The notes below the pieces were generated by a model. It made no database searches and was not told where the DNA came from. It saw only the letters and a list, made by a program, of their open reading frames with translations. A program made the position numbers and the translations under genes. This document shows, piece by piece, positions 38,321-49,303 of a stretch of DNA of 60,489 bases; the first letter of the stretch is position 1, and the number at the start of each line of letters is the position of its first letter. The stretch covers positions 1-60,489 of the forward strand of contig JAFZEA010000008.1 in assembly GCA_017560905.1 (NCBI GenBank), given 5' to 3'. The DNA is from Clostridia bacterium. Its GTDB lineage: Bacteria; Bacillota; Clostridia; Oscillospirales; QAKW01.

Positions 38321-39187
38321 TTATAAGTGTGTAATGATTTTAAAAGTGCCGTCCTGCAGTGTTTTACCGATGCCGAGCAACGACCCTTCATCATATACCC
38401 AGCTTTCCGTTTCCGGACAGCCCTTTAGCTTTTTGACATGCACCGCACAACCGTTTCTAAGCAGCCTTGCAAAAAAGGCAGGCGGCGCATAGCTTTCCAG
38501 CGGCAATGCTTTTTCCGGCGGCATAAGCGCAGAAAAATCGCCGGCCTTTAGCTGTGTTTCGGCCGTTTCGAGTGGCAGAGCATCACCAATCGAAAAGCCG
38601 CAGGTCGCCGTGCGGCGCAAAGAAGCCATACAACCGTACGTCCCCAAGGCTTCGCCGATATCCTTACACAGCGAACGGATATACGTGCCCTTGGAGCAGT
38701 CGATCTCCAACGTGGCCTCTCCATCGGAAAAATCTGTCATTTCCAAGCGGTATATTTCTATTTCTCGGGGCGCAAGCTCTACGCTTTTGCCCTCTCTTGC
38801 CAGTTTATACAGCGCCACCCCGTCCCGCTTGAGCGCAGAAAACATCGGCGGAGTCTGCAACTGACGTCCTACAAAACGTGGCAGGATGTCCCGTATTTCT
38901 TGCTCAGTGGGAATGCGACCGCCCACACTCAGCACTTTACCTGTCGTATCGTAACTGTCGGTGTGGACACCGAAGCGAAGCACGGCAGTATAGGACTTAT
39001 CCCCCTCCAACATATAGGCCGACAGCTTTGTGGCCTTGCCTGTCAGAATGGGCAGCAGTCCCTCGGCCATCGGGTCAAGTGTCCCCGTATGTCCGCAGTG
39101 CTTAACTCCCAGCGCACGGCGCACCACGGCCACCGCTACAAAGGAGGTAATGCCGGCCGGCTTGTCGATCAGTATAAGTCCACCCAT
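38321..39187 (-). CDS. truB: tRNA pseudouridine(55) synthase
   Basis: DKPAGITS, GHTGTLDPMAEG, PPMFSALK, CSKGTYIRSL. Confidence 0.96.
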   Translation of the reverse strand: MGGLILIDKPAGITSFVAVAVVRRALGVKHCGHTGTLDPMAEGLLPILTGKATKLSAYMLEGDKSYTAVLRFGVHTDSYDTTGKVLSVGGRIPTEQEIRDILPRFVGRQLQTPPMFSALKRDGVALYKLAREGKSVELAPREIEIYRLEMTDFSDGEATLEIDCSKGTYIRSLCKDIGEALGTYGCMASLRRTATCGFSIGDALPLETAETQLKAGDFSALMPPEKALPLESYAPPAFFARLLRNGCAVHVKKLKGCPETESWVYDEGSLLGIGKTLQDGTFKIITHL

Positions 39188-40123
39188 TTACAGTTCCTCG
39201 CCCATAACACGGGCCATCTGCTCTTTACATTCATCAAGCGTACCGCGCAGGGTACAACCTGCCGCCATCGGATGACCACCGCCGCCAAAGTGCGCACAGA
39301 TCTTCGCAGCATTGACACTGCCGTCCGAGCGCACAGACACCTTGTATTCATTCTCAGCCAATTCTCTGAGCGTGGCGGCTGTGTGTACTCCCTCGATCTG
39401 CATACCCACGGCGGCGATATTTTCCATATCATCCTCTGTGGCGCCACACTCGGCGATCATCGACTTGGTCACAAACAGCACCGCCACTCTTCCCTCGTTG
39501 TAGAGCGTAAGAGTATCCAAAAGCTTTGAACCCATCATCAAAGCGGCACGGGTCTTGATGGAAAACAATTTGCGGTTGAGTGCCGTAATATCCAGTCCCG
39601 TTTCCATCAGGTCAGCCGCCACACGGTGTGTGTTGGCAGTGGTGGAGCCGTGACGGAAGCATCCGGTATCGGTAGAAATCGCCGTGTACAGCGCCTGAGC
39701 AATCTCAAGATCAACGGTCGTGAGCGCCTTGACTACTTCATATACAATCTCGCCGGCGGCCGCCGCCTCGGGACAAATCAGGTTGAGTTTGCCGTAACCC
39801 TTATTACTGCCGTGATGGTCAATCACGATATCAGCTCTTTGCACATATTCGCTAAACCGACCACCCATATCGGGGGCGGCAATGTCCACCGCGATCAACG
39901 TGCCGCAGGGTTCGTCAAAATGCGCCTCGCCGCCCACCAACGGTGCATAGCGGGGCGTGATCTCATCCGAGCAGGCATACTGCACCTGTTTGCCCAAACG
40001 GCGCAGGGCAATCCCCAGCGCCGCCGCAGAGCCAACGGTATCCCCATCGGGGCGGTGGTGCATAAATATGGTGCACTGCTCGGTCTGCCGCAAAGCGCAG
40101 ACGATTTGTTCTACCGTACTCAT
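39188..40123 (-). CDS. nrnA: Bifunctional oligoribonuclease/PAP phosphatase (DHH/DHHA1)
   Basis: HHRPDGD, IDHH, TDTGCF, GGGGHPMAAG; conserved position between rbfA and truB. Confidence 0.92.
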   Translation of the reverse strand: MSTVEQIVCALRQTEQCTIFMHHRPDGDTVGSAAALGIALRRLGKQVQYACSDEITPRYAPLVGGEAHFDEPCGTLIAVDIAAPDMGGRFSEYVQRADIVIDHHGSNKGYGKLNLICPEAAAAGEIVYEVVKALTTVDLEIAQALYTAISTDTGCFRHGSTTANTHRVAADLMETGLDITALNRKLFSIKTRAALMMGSKLLDTLTLYNEGRVAVLFVTKSMIAECGATEDDMENIAAVGMQIEGVHTAATLRELAENEYKVSVRSDGSVNAAKICAHFGGGGHPMAAGCTLRGTLDECKEQMARVMGEEL

Positions 40124-40467
40124 TTTTCTTCCTCTTTTGTGGCGATGTCCGCCAAAATCTGATTGATCTTGAGTCCCTCTTTAATAGAGGTATCCATAAC
40201 GAATAACAACTCGGGTGTATAGCGAAGCTTCAAAGCCTTGGCCAAAGCGCCGCGCAGATAGCCTGCGCTGCTCTTAAGCCCCTTGAGAACTTCTTTTTCC
40301 TCCCCGGTCATTACGCTGACAAACACCTTTGCCTGCTTGAGGTCGGGCGTAGTCTGCACCTCCGTCACCGAAATAAAGGACGGCACTCTGGGGTCCTTGA
40401 CGGTGGGAAGCAGTTTTGCCAACTCTTTGCGAATCTCTTCGTTTACACGGGCAATTCTGTGTGCCAT
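40120..40467 (-). CDS. rbfA: Ribosome-binding factor A
   Basis: VKDPRV, TPDLKQAKVFVS, LRYTPEL.F..D.SI. Confidence 0.95.
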   Translation of the reverse strand: MAHRIARVNEEIRKELAKLLPTVKDPRVPSFISVTEVQTTPDLKQAKVFVSVMTGEEKEVLKGLKSSAGYLRGALAKALKLRYTPELLFVMDTSIKEGLKINQILADIATKEEEK

Positions 40468-40552
40468 AAATTAATCACCTAATTTCATTTATTGTTCAGC
40501 CATTTCGAGCGTCAAAAAGGCAAGCGATCCGATGCCTTTTTGACGGTCGGTG

Positions 40553-42898
40553 TTAGTCTTTGATCTCTTGCATTTCGAAGGCTTCGATCATATCGCCTTC
40601 CTTGATGTCGTTGTAGTTTTCAATGGTGATACCGCACTCATAGCCGGTCACCACTTCCTTGGCATCGTCTTTGAAACGCTTGAGAGAGGACAGCTCGCCC
40701 TCAAAAATAACGATATTGTCACGAAGCAGTCTGACAGAAGCAGATCTGACGATTTTACCGCTGCGCACGTAGCAACCCGCAATGGTGCCGACACCGCTGG
40801 CCTTGAAGGTCTGACGGACTTCGGCAGTACCCAGCACAACTTCCTTGAACTTGGGTGCAAGCATACCCTTCATAGCGGCCTCGATCTCCTCGATGCAGTC
40901 ATAGATAACACGGTAGGTGCGAATGTCAACACCGTCACGCTCAGCGCCTGTTTTGGCGTTGCTGTCGGGACGGACGTTGAAGCCGACAATGATGGCGCCC
41001 GAAGCGTTTGCCAGCATAACGTCGCTTTCGTTGATGCCGCCGACACCGCTGTGGATAACGCGAACGCGTACCTCTTCGTTGGTCAGTTTTTCCAAAGAAA
41101 CCTTAACCGCCTCGGCAGTACCCTGTACGTCTGCCTTGACGATGATGCTCAGTTCCTTCATCTCGCCCTCCTGGATTCTGCCGAACAGATCATCCAGAGA
41201 AACGGTGTACTGGCTCTGGCGGGCCTGCTTCTCTTCCTCACGGCGCTGTTCTGCCAGTTCACGGGCCAATCTCTCGTCTTCGACGACAAAGAAAGTATCA
41301 CCCGCCTGAGGCACGTCATTCATACCGATGATCTCAACCGGTACGCTGGGACCGGCATTCTTGACCTTCTGTCCCTTATAATCGGTCATAGCACGGACTT
41401 TACCCACGGCACAGCCCGCGATCAGAATATCACCGTTGTGCAGAGTACCGTTTTGTACCAGCAGGGTAGCAACGGGGCCTCTGCCCTTATCCAGTTTAGC
41501 TTCGATAACGGTACCCTTGGCGGTACGGTTGGGATTGGCCTTAAGCTCACGCATCTCGGCCACCAGATTGACCATCTCCAAAAGGGTGTCGATGTTATCT
41601 CTCTTAACGGCGGAAACGGGTACCATAATGGTCTCGCCGCCCCAATCCTCGCTGACCAGACCGTGTTCGGTCAATTCCTGCATAACACGATCGGGGTTGG
41701 CGCCGGGTTTATCCATTTTATTAATGGCAACGATAATCGGTATCTCAGCGGCCTTGGCATGGTTGATGGCCTCTACGGTCTGGGGCATAACGCCGTCATC
41801 GGCGGCAACCACCAGAATGGCAATATCAGTCGCCATGGCGCCGCGCAGACGCATCTGGGTAAAGGCGGCGTGTCCGGGTGTATCGAGGAAGGTCAGTGTC
41901 TGACCGCTGATCTTAACCTGATAAGCACCGATGTGCTGTGTAATACCGCCTGCTTCGCCGGAGGCAACATCGGCATCACGGATGGCATCCAGCAGAGAGG
42001 TCTTACCGTGGTCAACGTGACCCATAACGACCACAACGGGACTGCGGGGAATCAGATTTTCTTCCGCATCGTCGGTGTCGTCAATCAGTCTGTCCTCAAT
42101 GGTAAGGATGACCTCTTTCTCCACACGGCAGTGGAATTCCTCACCCACCAGATATGCAGTATCAAAGTCGATGGTCTGATTGACGTTGGCCATAACGCCC
42201 ATTTTCATAAGCTTCATAACTACTTCATTGACGTTGACCTTCATACGGGAGGCAAGCTCAGAAACGGTGATCTCATCAGGCACCAGTACCTTGAGCTGAG
42301 TTTTTTTACGCTGTTGCTCGATTCTCTTAAGACGCTCCTGCTCGCTTTCCTTCTTGCGCTTGGGTCCGCCGTACTGCTGCTTAAAGCCATTCTTTTTAAC
42401 GATCTTTTGCTTGTTGCTGGCGTTGGAAAACTTGGTGCTGGAGTGGCTGTCTGCCAACTCGTGCAGTTTTTCGTCATATTTTCCGAGATCTACGCTGCTG
42501 GTACGGGTGTCAACCACACGTACCGTTCTCTCATAGCTCTTCTCGGCAATGGGAGCAGGTGCCTTTTTCTCCTGCGGTTTTTCTTTTTTGGGCGCTTTTT
42601 GAGGTGCGGCGGCAGGAGTGGTGTCCTTTTCCTTCTTGCTCTCTTTCTTTTCTTGCTGAGGCCGGTCGGCGGGAGCAGGTTCTTCCTCCGCCTTCTGGCT
42701 CAAGAATTTGTCAAAGCTGTCCACGGCATACTTTTTGGAATAGTGATTGAGCAAAAAGTCCAGCTCCGGCACAGTAAGCAGTGCCATATGGGTACGCTCC
42801 TTTTTCTCCACCGCATCCAACAGCTTGATGATATCGGTACTTTTGCCACCTACATCCTTGGCAAATTCGTGAATTCTGTATTTCATCTCTAAACTCAT
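40553..42898 (-). CDS. infB: Translation initiation factor IF-2
   Basis: [40 protein letters not shown]. Confidence 0.98.
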   Translation of the reverse strand: MSLEMKYRIHEFAKDVGGKSTDIIKLLDAVEKKERTHMALLTVPELDFLLNHYSKKYAVDSFDKFLSQKAEEEPAPADRPQQEKKESKKEKDTTPAAAPQKAPKKEKPQEKKAPAPIAEKSYERTVRVVDTRTSSVDLGKYDEKLHELADSHSSTKFSNASNKQKIVKKNGFKQQYGGPKRKKESEQERLKRIEQQRKKTQLKVLVPDEITVSELASRMKVNVNEVVMKLMKMGVMANVNQTIDFDTAYLVGEEFHCRVEKEVILTIEDRLIDDTDDAEENLIPRSPVVVVMGHVDHGKTSLLDAIRDADVASGEAGGITQHIGAYQVKISGQTLTFLDTPGHAAFTQMRLRGAMATDIAILVVAADDGVMPQTVEAINHAKAAEIPIIVAINKMDKPGANPDRVMQELTEHGLVSEDWGGETIMVPVSAVKRDNIDTLLEMVNLVAEMRELKANPNRTAKGTVIEAKLDKGRGPVATLLVQNGTLHNGDILIAGCAVGKVRAMTDYKGQKVKNAGPSVPVEIIGMNDVPQAGDTFFVVEDERLARELAEQRREEEKQARQSQYTVSLDDLFGRIQEGEMKELSIIVKADVQGTAEAVKVSLEKLTNEEVRVRVIHSGVGGINESDVMLANASGAIIVGFNVRPDSNAKTGAERDGVDIRTYRVIYDCIEEIEAAMKGMLAPKFKEVVLGTAEVRQTFKASGVGTIAGCYVRSGKIVRSASVRLLRDNIVIFEGELSSLKRFKDDAKEVVTGYECGITIENYNDIKEGDMIEAFEMQEIKD

Positions 42899-43218
42899 AA
42901 CGGTTTACCCCCTATCATTTTTTTCCGTTCTGCCAGCAGCAGGGCAGCAAAGCCCTCCTCGGTTATACTCACAATGCCCACCGGCTTTGTGCCGATGGCT
43001 ACGGAGATCTCCGCCATACTCAGCGGAAGATCGTAACAGGTGACGCCCTTACGGGCGGCCAACTGCATCACAGAATTACGGGTACGGGCAGAAACATCTG
43101 CCGTTAAAAAAATCAGTTGTGCTGTATCCAGTCCCTCGGTGACCATATCAAAGCCGTAGTTCAGCTTACCCGCGCGGCGGGCCAGTCCCAAGGTGGATAA
43201 AAACTTAGTCTGTTGCAT
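42895..43218 (-). CDS. L7Ae/L30e-like RNA-binding protein (YlxQ-like)
   Basis: [14 protein letters not shown]; position between ylxR and infB. Confidence 0.88.
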   Translation of the reverse strand: MQQTKFLSTLGLARRAGKLNYGFDMVTEGLDTAQLIFLTADVSARTRNSVMQLAARKGVTCYDLPLSMAEISVAIGTKPVGIVSITEEGFAALLLAERKKMIGGKPL

Positions 43219-43474
43219 CGGCAAGCTCCTCTCTGAGCTTGACAAAAATCTCCGACGGAATTTCCATAGAGAAAGAACGGCTGAGCTTTTTGTTTTTCTC
43301 CAGTTTATTCAGGCAGTCGGCGTTGTTACAAATATAAGCGCCCCGACCCGACTTTTTGCCGGTAATGTCCACCGAGATGTCACCCTCTTTGGTCTTAACG
43401 ATGCGAATGAGCTGTGACTTGGGACGACCCTCGCCGCAACCCAGACACAGACGCATAGGTACTTTTTTGTTCAA
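43205..43474 (-). CDS. ylxR: YlxR/RnpM family RNA-binding protein (DUF448)
   Basis: PMRLCLGC, LIRIV, GRGAYIC. Confidence 0.93.
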   Translation of the reverse strand: MNKKVPMRLCLGCGEGRPKSQLIRIVKTKEGDISVDITGKKSGRGAYICNNADCLNKLEKNKKLSRSFSMEIPSEIFVKLREELADATD

Positions 43475-43484
43475 GCTCTATCAC

Positions 43485-44531
43485 CTATACCTTTGACAGC
43501 GGCTTGATGTCGATCTTATAGCCGGTGAGCTTGGCAGCCAGACGGGCATTCTGTCCCTCTTTGCCGATGGCAAGAGAAAGCTGGTCGTCACTGACCACCA
43601 CGCTACAGGTGTGGCCGTCTACATCGGCGGCTACGGAAATGATATCGGCGGGTGCCAAGGCTTGCGCAATGTAAGTTTCGGGATCCTCGCTATAGCGGAT
43701 GATATCTACCTTTTCGCCCTTGAGCTCGTCACAGATGTGTGCGATTCTCTGTCCCTTGGCACCGATACAGGCACCTACGGGATCTACACTCTCATCCGAG
43801 GAAAATACGGCGATCTTGGTACGGGAGCCTGCCTCTCTGGCAATGCTCTTGATCTCTACGATACCCTCAAAGATTTCGGGAACTTCCAGTTCAAAAAGTC
43901 TTTTGACCAGTCCGCTGTGTGTACGGGAGATGAGAGCCTGCGGACCTCTTTTGGTTTCTCTGACTTCGCTGACGTAGATCTTGATATGGTCACCCTCTTT
44001 GAGCACTTCTCCGGGGATCTGCTCGTTCTTGATAAGCATAGCCTCGCTCTTGCCGATGGTCAGCAGAGCATTTCCGTTGGGCTCGATACGGGAAACCACG
44101 GTCGAGAGGATCTCAAACTCCTTGGAGTTGAGTTCCTGATACAGCAGACCTCTTTCGGCATCGCGGATGCCCTGGATGATAACTTGCTTGGCGGTCTGCG
44201 CAGCAATACGGCCAAACTCCTTGGTCTTCACTTCACAGTTGAGAACGTCGCCAACTTTGGCGCGCTTGCTGTGCTTGGCATGTGCTTCACTGAGGAAGAT
44301 CTGAGCGTTGGGATTTTCCATTGTTTCGCTGTCGTCAATAACGATCTTCTGCAGACAAAGCTTGATGTCCTTTTTGTCACGGTTGATGATCACAACGGCG
44401 TTGTCGGAGGAGCCGTATGCTTTTTTGGCGGCGCTCATAAGTGCGGCCTCGACCTTCTCCAGCATATACTCCTGCGGAATACCCCGCTCTGCTTCAATCA
44501 TTTCAATGGCGGTAAAAAATTCGGTGTTCAT
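43485..44531 (-). CDS. nusA: Transcription termination factor NusA
   Basis: [44 protein letters not shown]. Confidence 0.98.
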   Translation of the reverse strand: MNTEFFTAIEMIEAERGIPQEYMLEKVEAALMSAAKKAYGSSDNAVVIINRDKKDIKLCLQKIVIDDSETMENPNAQIFLSEAHAKHSKRAKVGDVLNCEVKTKEFGRIAAQTAKQVIIQGIRDAERGLLYQELNSKEFEILSTVVSRIEPNGNALLTIGKSEAMLIKNEQIPGEVLKEGDHIKIYVSEVRETKRGPQALISRTHSGLVKRLFELEVPEIFEGIVEIKSIAREAGSRTKIAVFSSDESVDPVGACIGAKGQRIAHICDELKGEKVDIIRYSEDPETYIAQALAPADIISVAADVDGHTCSVVVSDDQLSLAIGKEGQNARLAAKLTGYKIDIKPLSKV

Positions 44532-44558
44532 TTTTTGTTATTTCCTCCGTTCTTTATT

Positions 44559-45017
44559 TTAAAACTCAATGTAGGGGCGTATCAATGCCGCTTCCTTCTG
44601 GGAAAAGGTAATTTGTGTTTCCCCTGCTTCTATGGTAAAGTTTCCCTCGGCAAAATCTACCAGCCGCCCGACAAATTCCTTTTGTCCCTCGTGGGCCTTG
44701 TAGAGTCTGACCTCGATCATCTCTCCCATAAAATAATGAAAATCCTTTTCTTTTTTCAAATGTCTGTCCAGTCCCACAGAGCTGACCTCCAGATAGTAGG
44801 CCTCTCGTATCGGGTCTGCCTTGTCCAGCGCAGGATCCAGCGCACGGCTGACCGCCTCACACTGTTCTATATCCACGCCGTCGGGCGCATCGATATAGAT
44901 CCTCAGATATCGGGTGCCGCCCTCCTTGACATATTCCACGTCATAGAGCTCCACACCGATGTCCTCCACGATCGGACGGGCAATCTCGGTTACAACGCTT
45001 TCCACATCTTTCTTCAC
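44559..45017 (-). CDS. rimP: Ribosome maturation factor RimP
   Basis: LYDVEYVKEG, LRIYID, YYLEVSSVGLDR; GTG start at 45017 after GGAGAGGTG. Confidence 0.95.
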   Translation of the reverse strand: MKKDVESVVTEIARPIVEDIGVELYDVEYVKEGGTRYLRIYIDAPDGVDIEQCEAVSRALDPALDKADPIREAYYLEVSSVGLDRHLKKEKDFHYFMGEMIEVRLYKAHEGQKEFVGRLVDFAEGNFTIEAGETQITFSQKEAALIRPYIEF

Positions 45018-45040
45018 TTGTTTCACCTCTCCCAAAACAA

Positions 45041-45066
45041 AAGTGGACTGTCCCGACAGTCCACTT
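45041..45066 (-). promoter_or_regulatory. rimP leader hairpin
   Basis: AAGTGGACTGTC-CC-GACAGTCCACTT just upstream of the RBS; TTGACA on the minus strand at 45104-45109. Confidence 0.55.
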
Positions 45067-45132
45067 AGTATTCTACCAATAAATTAACACATATTTACAC
45101 TTTTGTCAAGAGATTTTACCATTTTACTGTGA

Positions 45133-45161
45133 TTGACTTTTATATAATAATCTAATATAAT
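45133..45161 (+). promoter_or_regulatory. sigmaA promoter of the GtrA/SLH operon
   Basis: TTGACT-17 nt-TATAAT. Confidence 0.7.
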
Positions 45162-45190
45162 GTAACTATGCAAAAGAAAGGACGTGAATT

Positions 45191-45655
45191 ATGAAACAAC
45201 GCATTATTTCTCTGTGCAAAAAATATCGGGAACTGTTGCTGTATCTTGTTGTCGGCTTTTCCGCTACAGCAATTAATTTTGTTTTATATGTGATGTTCAA
45301 TGCCGTGCTGGGAGATGCATTGTATCAGGTCAGTAACGTCATCGCCTGGCTGGTTTCCACCACTTTCGGCTTTTTTATGTACAAGCTGATTGTATTCCGC
45401 AGTATGAGTATGCACATCACCCGTTTGCTCGTTGAGGGCACGGAGTTTTATCTGGCGCGCATCTTTTCGCTGATTCTGGAAACCGTAGGTCTATACTTGC
45501 TGATCGATGTACTGGATTTCAGCCGTTTCGGTTGTCACCTCATCATACTGATCACGGGTGAAACTATCGCCAAATTTATTATGCTGGTCATTACCACCAT
45601 CAGCAATTATATTTTCAGCAAATTTATCGTTTTCAAAGCCAAGAAAGGGGACTGA
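45191..45655 (+). CDS. GtrA family protein
   Basis: YRELLLYLVVG..AT.IN, SNVIAW, NYIFSKFIVF; 4 TM. Confidence 0.9.
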   Translation: MKQRIISLCKKYRELLLYLVVGFSATAINFVLYVMFNAVLGDALYQVSNVIAWLVSTTFGFFMYKLIVFRSMSMHITRLLVEGTEFYLARIFSLILETVGLYLLIDVLDFSRFGCHLIILITGETIAKFIMLVITTISNYIFSKFIVFKAKKGD

Positions 45656-45657
45656 AT

Positions 45658-47322
45658 ATGAAACTGCGCCGAACCGTAAGCATATTACTGTGTGTACTGC
45701 TCGCATTGAGCATTTGCCCTTTTGCTGTGGCGGATACCGTAATCGAAATCTCTGATGCCGCCGACCTTGACAACATCCGCAACAATTTAAGCGGCAACTA
45801 TATCTTGACCGCCGATATTACACTGACCGAGGACTTTTTCCCCATTGGACTGAAACTGAACAATCAAGGCACGGGATATCAGGCGGTCGCTTTTACCGGC
45901 ACATTGGACGGTAACGGCCACACCATATCCGGTCTTTCCGTTACCGTTGATGAAAATACCGATAAACCTTTCTTCTATATCGGCTTGTTCGCCGACAACG
46001 ACGGTACGATCAAAAACCTGATCATAGACAACGCCACCTTTACCGCAAACGTCAATACCACGGTCAGTGCTGTCAATGTCGGCTTTTTTGCCGCTACTTG
46101 CGCAGGCACCGTACAGAACTGTGCGGTCACCCGTTCTGCGGCGCAAATCAGTGTTGATACCGTTATTTATGCCGGCGGTATCGCAGGCTATCATACCGGC
46201 CGTATCATAGACTGTTATTTTGACGGCACGCTGAGTGCCACCGCCTTGAACGGCAACGTCATTAACGTGGGCGGTATTGCAGGCCGCAGTTACAGCACGG
46301 AGTCTTTGCTGCAGACCTCCTTGTCTGTCGGCACGGTCACGGGCGACATCTGCTCAGACGACGAAAACAAGATTGCCACCAATCAGCGAGTCGGTGATAT
46401 TGCGGGCTATATTTCCGGCAAAGTAAACTACGTTTACGCCAAGAAGAACAACACGCTTGCCGTCGGGCAGAATTCTGCCGGCACCGCCGACCGAAACCAA
46501 AATGTTTTTGCTCAGCTGACCACCCAAGAGCTCAAAACATACGAAAGCTTTGAAACCTTTGATTTTACCAACATCTGGCTGATGAAAGCCGATCATCCCG
46601 CTCTGCAGATCACCCATACACACACCGCAGGCGATTGGCAGATCGTGACACAACCCACCTATCTCAAAAAGGGACTGCGCGAGCAATGCTGCCAAAGTTG
46701 TGGCGCCACGCTGAGTACCAAATCCATTACCAAACTGCAGGGCAAGGACGTCTCCAACGTCTTTACCGATATCAAAAAGAGCGACTGGTACTACAAAAAC
46801 GATTCGATCTACTATGCCTACAATCAAGGGCTGTTCAACGGTACCACCAAAAATACCTTTGCTCCCGAAATGGGAATGGATCGGGCTATGTTTGTCACCG
46901 TGTTGGGACGCCTATACGGCGCAGATACCCGAAAGGGCGGCATTACAAAATTTGAGGACGTCGACCCCGACCACTACTATGCCCCCTACGTCAAATGGGC
47001 AAGCGAGGGCGGCATTGTCAACGGTATTTCCGAAACCGAGTTTAATCCCACCGACAAGATCACCCGTGAGCAAATCTGCGCCATGCTGATCCGCTATTGC
47101 GATTTTGCTGACATCACCTTACAAAAGAGCAATGCAACCATTCCGTTTATCGATCAAAGCAGTGTTTCCCCCTACGCCAAAAAAGCAGTGTCCGCCTGTC
47201 AGCGGGCAGGACTGATAAACGGCGAAAAGGTAGGTCAAGGCTACCGCTTCCACCCCGTCAACAACGCAAGTCGTGCGGAGGTCGCCACCATTATGCTCAA
47301 CTTTGCAAAAAAATATCTCTAA
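45658..47322 (+). CDS. Secreted GLUG-type beta-helix protein with C-terminal SLH domains
   Basis: Signal peptide, YILTADI, FTGTLDGNGHTISGL, GGIAG repeats, three SLH repeats ending ASRAEVATI. Confidence 0.88.
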   Translation: MKLRRTVSILLCVLLALSICPFAVADTVIEISDAADLDNIRNNLSGNYILTADITLTEDFFPIGLKLNNQGTGYQAVAFTGTLDGNGHTISGLSVTVDENTDKPFFYIGLFADNDGTIKNLIIDNATFTANVNTTVSAVNVGFFAATCAGTVQNCAVTRSAAQISVDTVIYAGGIAGYHTGRIIDCYFDGTLSATALNGNVINVGGIAGRSYSTESLLQTSLSVGTVTGDICSDDENKIATNQRVGDIAGYISGKVNYVYAKKNNTLAVGQNSAGTADRNQNVFAQLTTQELKTYESFETFDFTNIWLMKADHPALQITHTHTAGDWQIVTQPTYLKKGLREQCCQSCGATLSTKSITKLQGKDVSNVFTDIKKSDWYYKNDSIYYAYNQGLFNGTTKNTFAPEMGMDRAMFVTVLGRLYGADTRKGGITKFEDVDPDHYYAPYVKWASEGGIVNGISETEFNPTDKITREQICAMLIRYCDFADITLQKSNATIPFIDQSSVSPYAKKAVSACQRAGLINGEKVGQGYRFHPVNNASRAEVATIMLNFAKKYL

Positions 47323-47384
47323 TACCCAAAAAGACGAACAGATATCTCTGTTCGTCTTTTTCTTCTATGCATTTAAAAAAGGGG

Positions 47385-47618
47385 TTAGACCCCTTTTTTA
47401 AATTTTCTGTTTTTGTTGATAAGATAGTATACGGGAATGGATGCCATCGGAAACAGCATACCGACCAGCATTCCCATTTTCAGCCCCAACAGCGAATATG
47501 ACGTATCGTAAAGCGTTCTGAACGTAAGAAATAACACGGGCGACAGATTTCCGATAACGGACATCGTAATATTGCCCATATAGCAACCCGGCTTCACTCT
47601 ACGGTATTGCTTTGACAT
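47385..47618 (-). pseudogene. MFS transporter remnant (N-terminus joined to C-terminus)
   Basis: CYMGNITMSVIGNLSPVLFLTFRTLYDTSYSLLG joined directly to LKMGMLVGMLFP; GGAG RBS; only 77 aa. Confidence 0.55.
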
Positions 47619-47642
47619 TGCAGTTCTCCTTGTTTTTGCTTG

Positions 47643-48206
47643 CTATTCTTTAATACCAAGCCCCAACTCATCGGCATATTCCTTCATCGCGCCGATGCAG
47701 ATCTCTGCCACATCTCTGACCTCCATCCCCAGCATCTCACAACCCTTGGTGATGACGGCTCTGTCACAGCCTGCGGCAAATTTTTTATCCTTAAACTTTT
47801 TCATAAAGCTCTTGAGCTCCATATCGGTAATACCGGCAGGACGCATACGAGCAGCGGCCTGAATGATGCCTGTCAGCTCGTCCACTGTATAAAGAGATTT
47901 CTCCATTAACGTCAGCGGCTCGACATCGCACACCAGACCGTAGCCGTGCGCCATAATACCGCGCACTTCCGTTTCGGTCAGGCCTGCCGCCAACAGCGGC
48001 GCCTCCGTGTGCTGCAGATGTTCCTCGGGATACTGCTCATAATCATAATCGTGCAAATAACCGATGGCTTGCCAAAGCGCCTTATCTTCACCGAAATGCT
48101 CGGCCATACCTCCCATTGCCGCCATTACGTTTTTGGCGTGCAAAAACAAATGCTCTTGCGAAGTTGTACTTGCCAATAATTCCTTGGCTCTATCAAGTGT
48201 CAGCAT
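47643..48206 (-). CDS. HD-domain hydrolase (HDIG-like)
   Basis: GYLHDYDYE, AH, VDELTG.I.AAARMRP, KKFKDKKFAAG. Confidence 0.9.
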   Translation of the reverse strand: MLTLDRAKELLASTTSQEHLFLHAKNVMAAMGGMAEHFGEDKALWQAIGYLHDYDYEQYPEEHLQHTEAPLLAAGLTETEVRGIMAHGYGLVCDVEPLTLMEKSLYTVDELTGIIQAAARMRPAGITDMELKSFMKKFKDKKFAAGCDRAVITKGCEMLGMEVRDVAEICIGAMKEYADELGLGIKE

Positions 48207-48224
48207 ATTTTTCCCCTCTGAAAT

Positions 48225-48711
48225 TTATTGTTCTGTTTTCACCCAGTTGAGCTGTACGGGCAAAGAAGTATCCTCCATAAATACGATCTTAAAGCTTGCC
48301 GGTAATTCATCTTCATCTGTCATAAAATACACGTATTTTTCACAGTCGTATTTTTTTGATAAGCGCCACAACTTTATCAAGATATTCCGGCTTATCCCCA
48401 CCCGTCTTGAGGTAAATGTTCACAATGCAGTGGCAGGCAAATTTTTTTGAGAATATCCTCAAAGGTGGGAATCCTCATTCCCGCATACTGCTCGCCACGG
48501 CGGCGCCGAAGGCAGGCAGACTGTTTTCGGGCGCCACGGTATTAAAGCCGCGATGTGCGCACACTCTGGGATAGGGTGTGATCGCATCGGGAGGCACAAT
48601 GATATCCATACTCTCATCACACTGGCCAATAAGCTCCATCTCTTTTTCAAAATATTTATCCGTTTCCGAAAAGTCCACGGAATACGGCGGTTGAATAATA
48701 CAAACTTTCAT
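48225..48711 (-). pseudogene. Collapsed nitrilase-like / glycerophosphodiester phosphodiesterase fusion remnant
   Basis: MKVCIIQP...MDIIVPP (CN-hydrolase start) joined to RVCAHRGFNTVAPENSLPAFGAA (GDPD motif); after frameshifts IPTFEDILKK and NIYLK...KKYDCEKYVYF. Confidence 0.65.
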
Positions 48712-48814
48712 AATATAACTACTTTATGTCGAACATTTTGGCCAATGAGAAAAAAGACAGCGTTTTGCGGTGCTCTTACAAAAAGCGCCGCAACAAACTG
48801 TCTTTTTTATGTTT

Positions 48815-49303
48815 TTATTCGTTATAGGGTTGGGCTGCAACAGGTGCCTCAACAGGAGCAGGTGCCTCAACAGGAGCCGCAGCCTCTTTATGCTGATCTT
48901 TGAGCTTGTTGTTGATCTGAATAGTATTCTTAACCAGAAGAATAAACATCATACATCCCTCAAAAGCCAGACGGAGTACGATGGGGCCAACGATCAGCAG
49001 CAACAGACCGTAACCGCCGTACCACTGAAAATAACCGCCGTAATAGCCATCATACACAGAGAAGCCAAAGATGGACAGAACGCCGTAGCAAACGCACAGT
49101 ACAGTTAATAATATGTACAGTCCGCGCAAGATCTTCTCAATAAAAAGAGTCTTGAAATCAAAGATATCTGCTACGATCTGACCGATTTTAGGCAACTTTT
49201 CTCTTTTTCTTTCGGGAAGAAGGAAAATGTGCACCAAAACAGTCAATGTAATAGCAGAAAGAATGGCCAACGCCGTAATAATAGGCAGTGTGTTAATGTT
49301 CAT
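48815..49303 (-). CDS. Membrane protein, DUF4282-like, with APVE-repeat tail
   Basis: AGGAGG RBS before ATG 49303; DIFDFKTLFIEKIL, GPIVLRLAFE; 18-bp tandem repeat at about 48841-48877. Confidence 0.75.
   Translation of the reverse strand: MNINTLPIITALAILSAITLTVLVHIFLLPERKREKLPKIGQIVADIFDFKTLFIEKILRGLYILLTVLCVCYGVLSIFGFSVYDGYYGGYFQWYGGYGLLLLIVGPIVLRLAFEGCMMFILLVKNTIQINNKLKDQHKEAAAPVEAPAPVEAPVAAQPYNE

Noticed and set aside
40550-42892. 780-aa plus-strand ORF, and similar long antisense ORFs at 10387-11952, 43611-45068 and 54385-56871
   Set aside because: Antisense shadows of infB, gltA, nusA/rimP and the giant gene; no recognisable motifs or RBS.
48841-48880. 18-bp tandem repeat as a regulatory or contingency locus
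   Set aside because: In-frame coding repeat for an APVEAP low-complexity tail.
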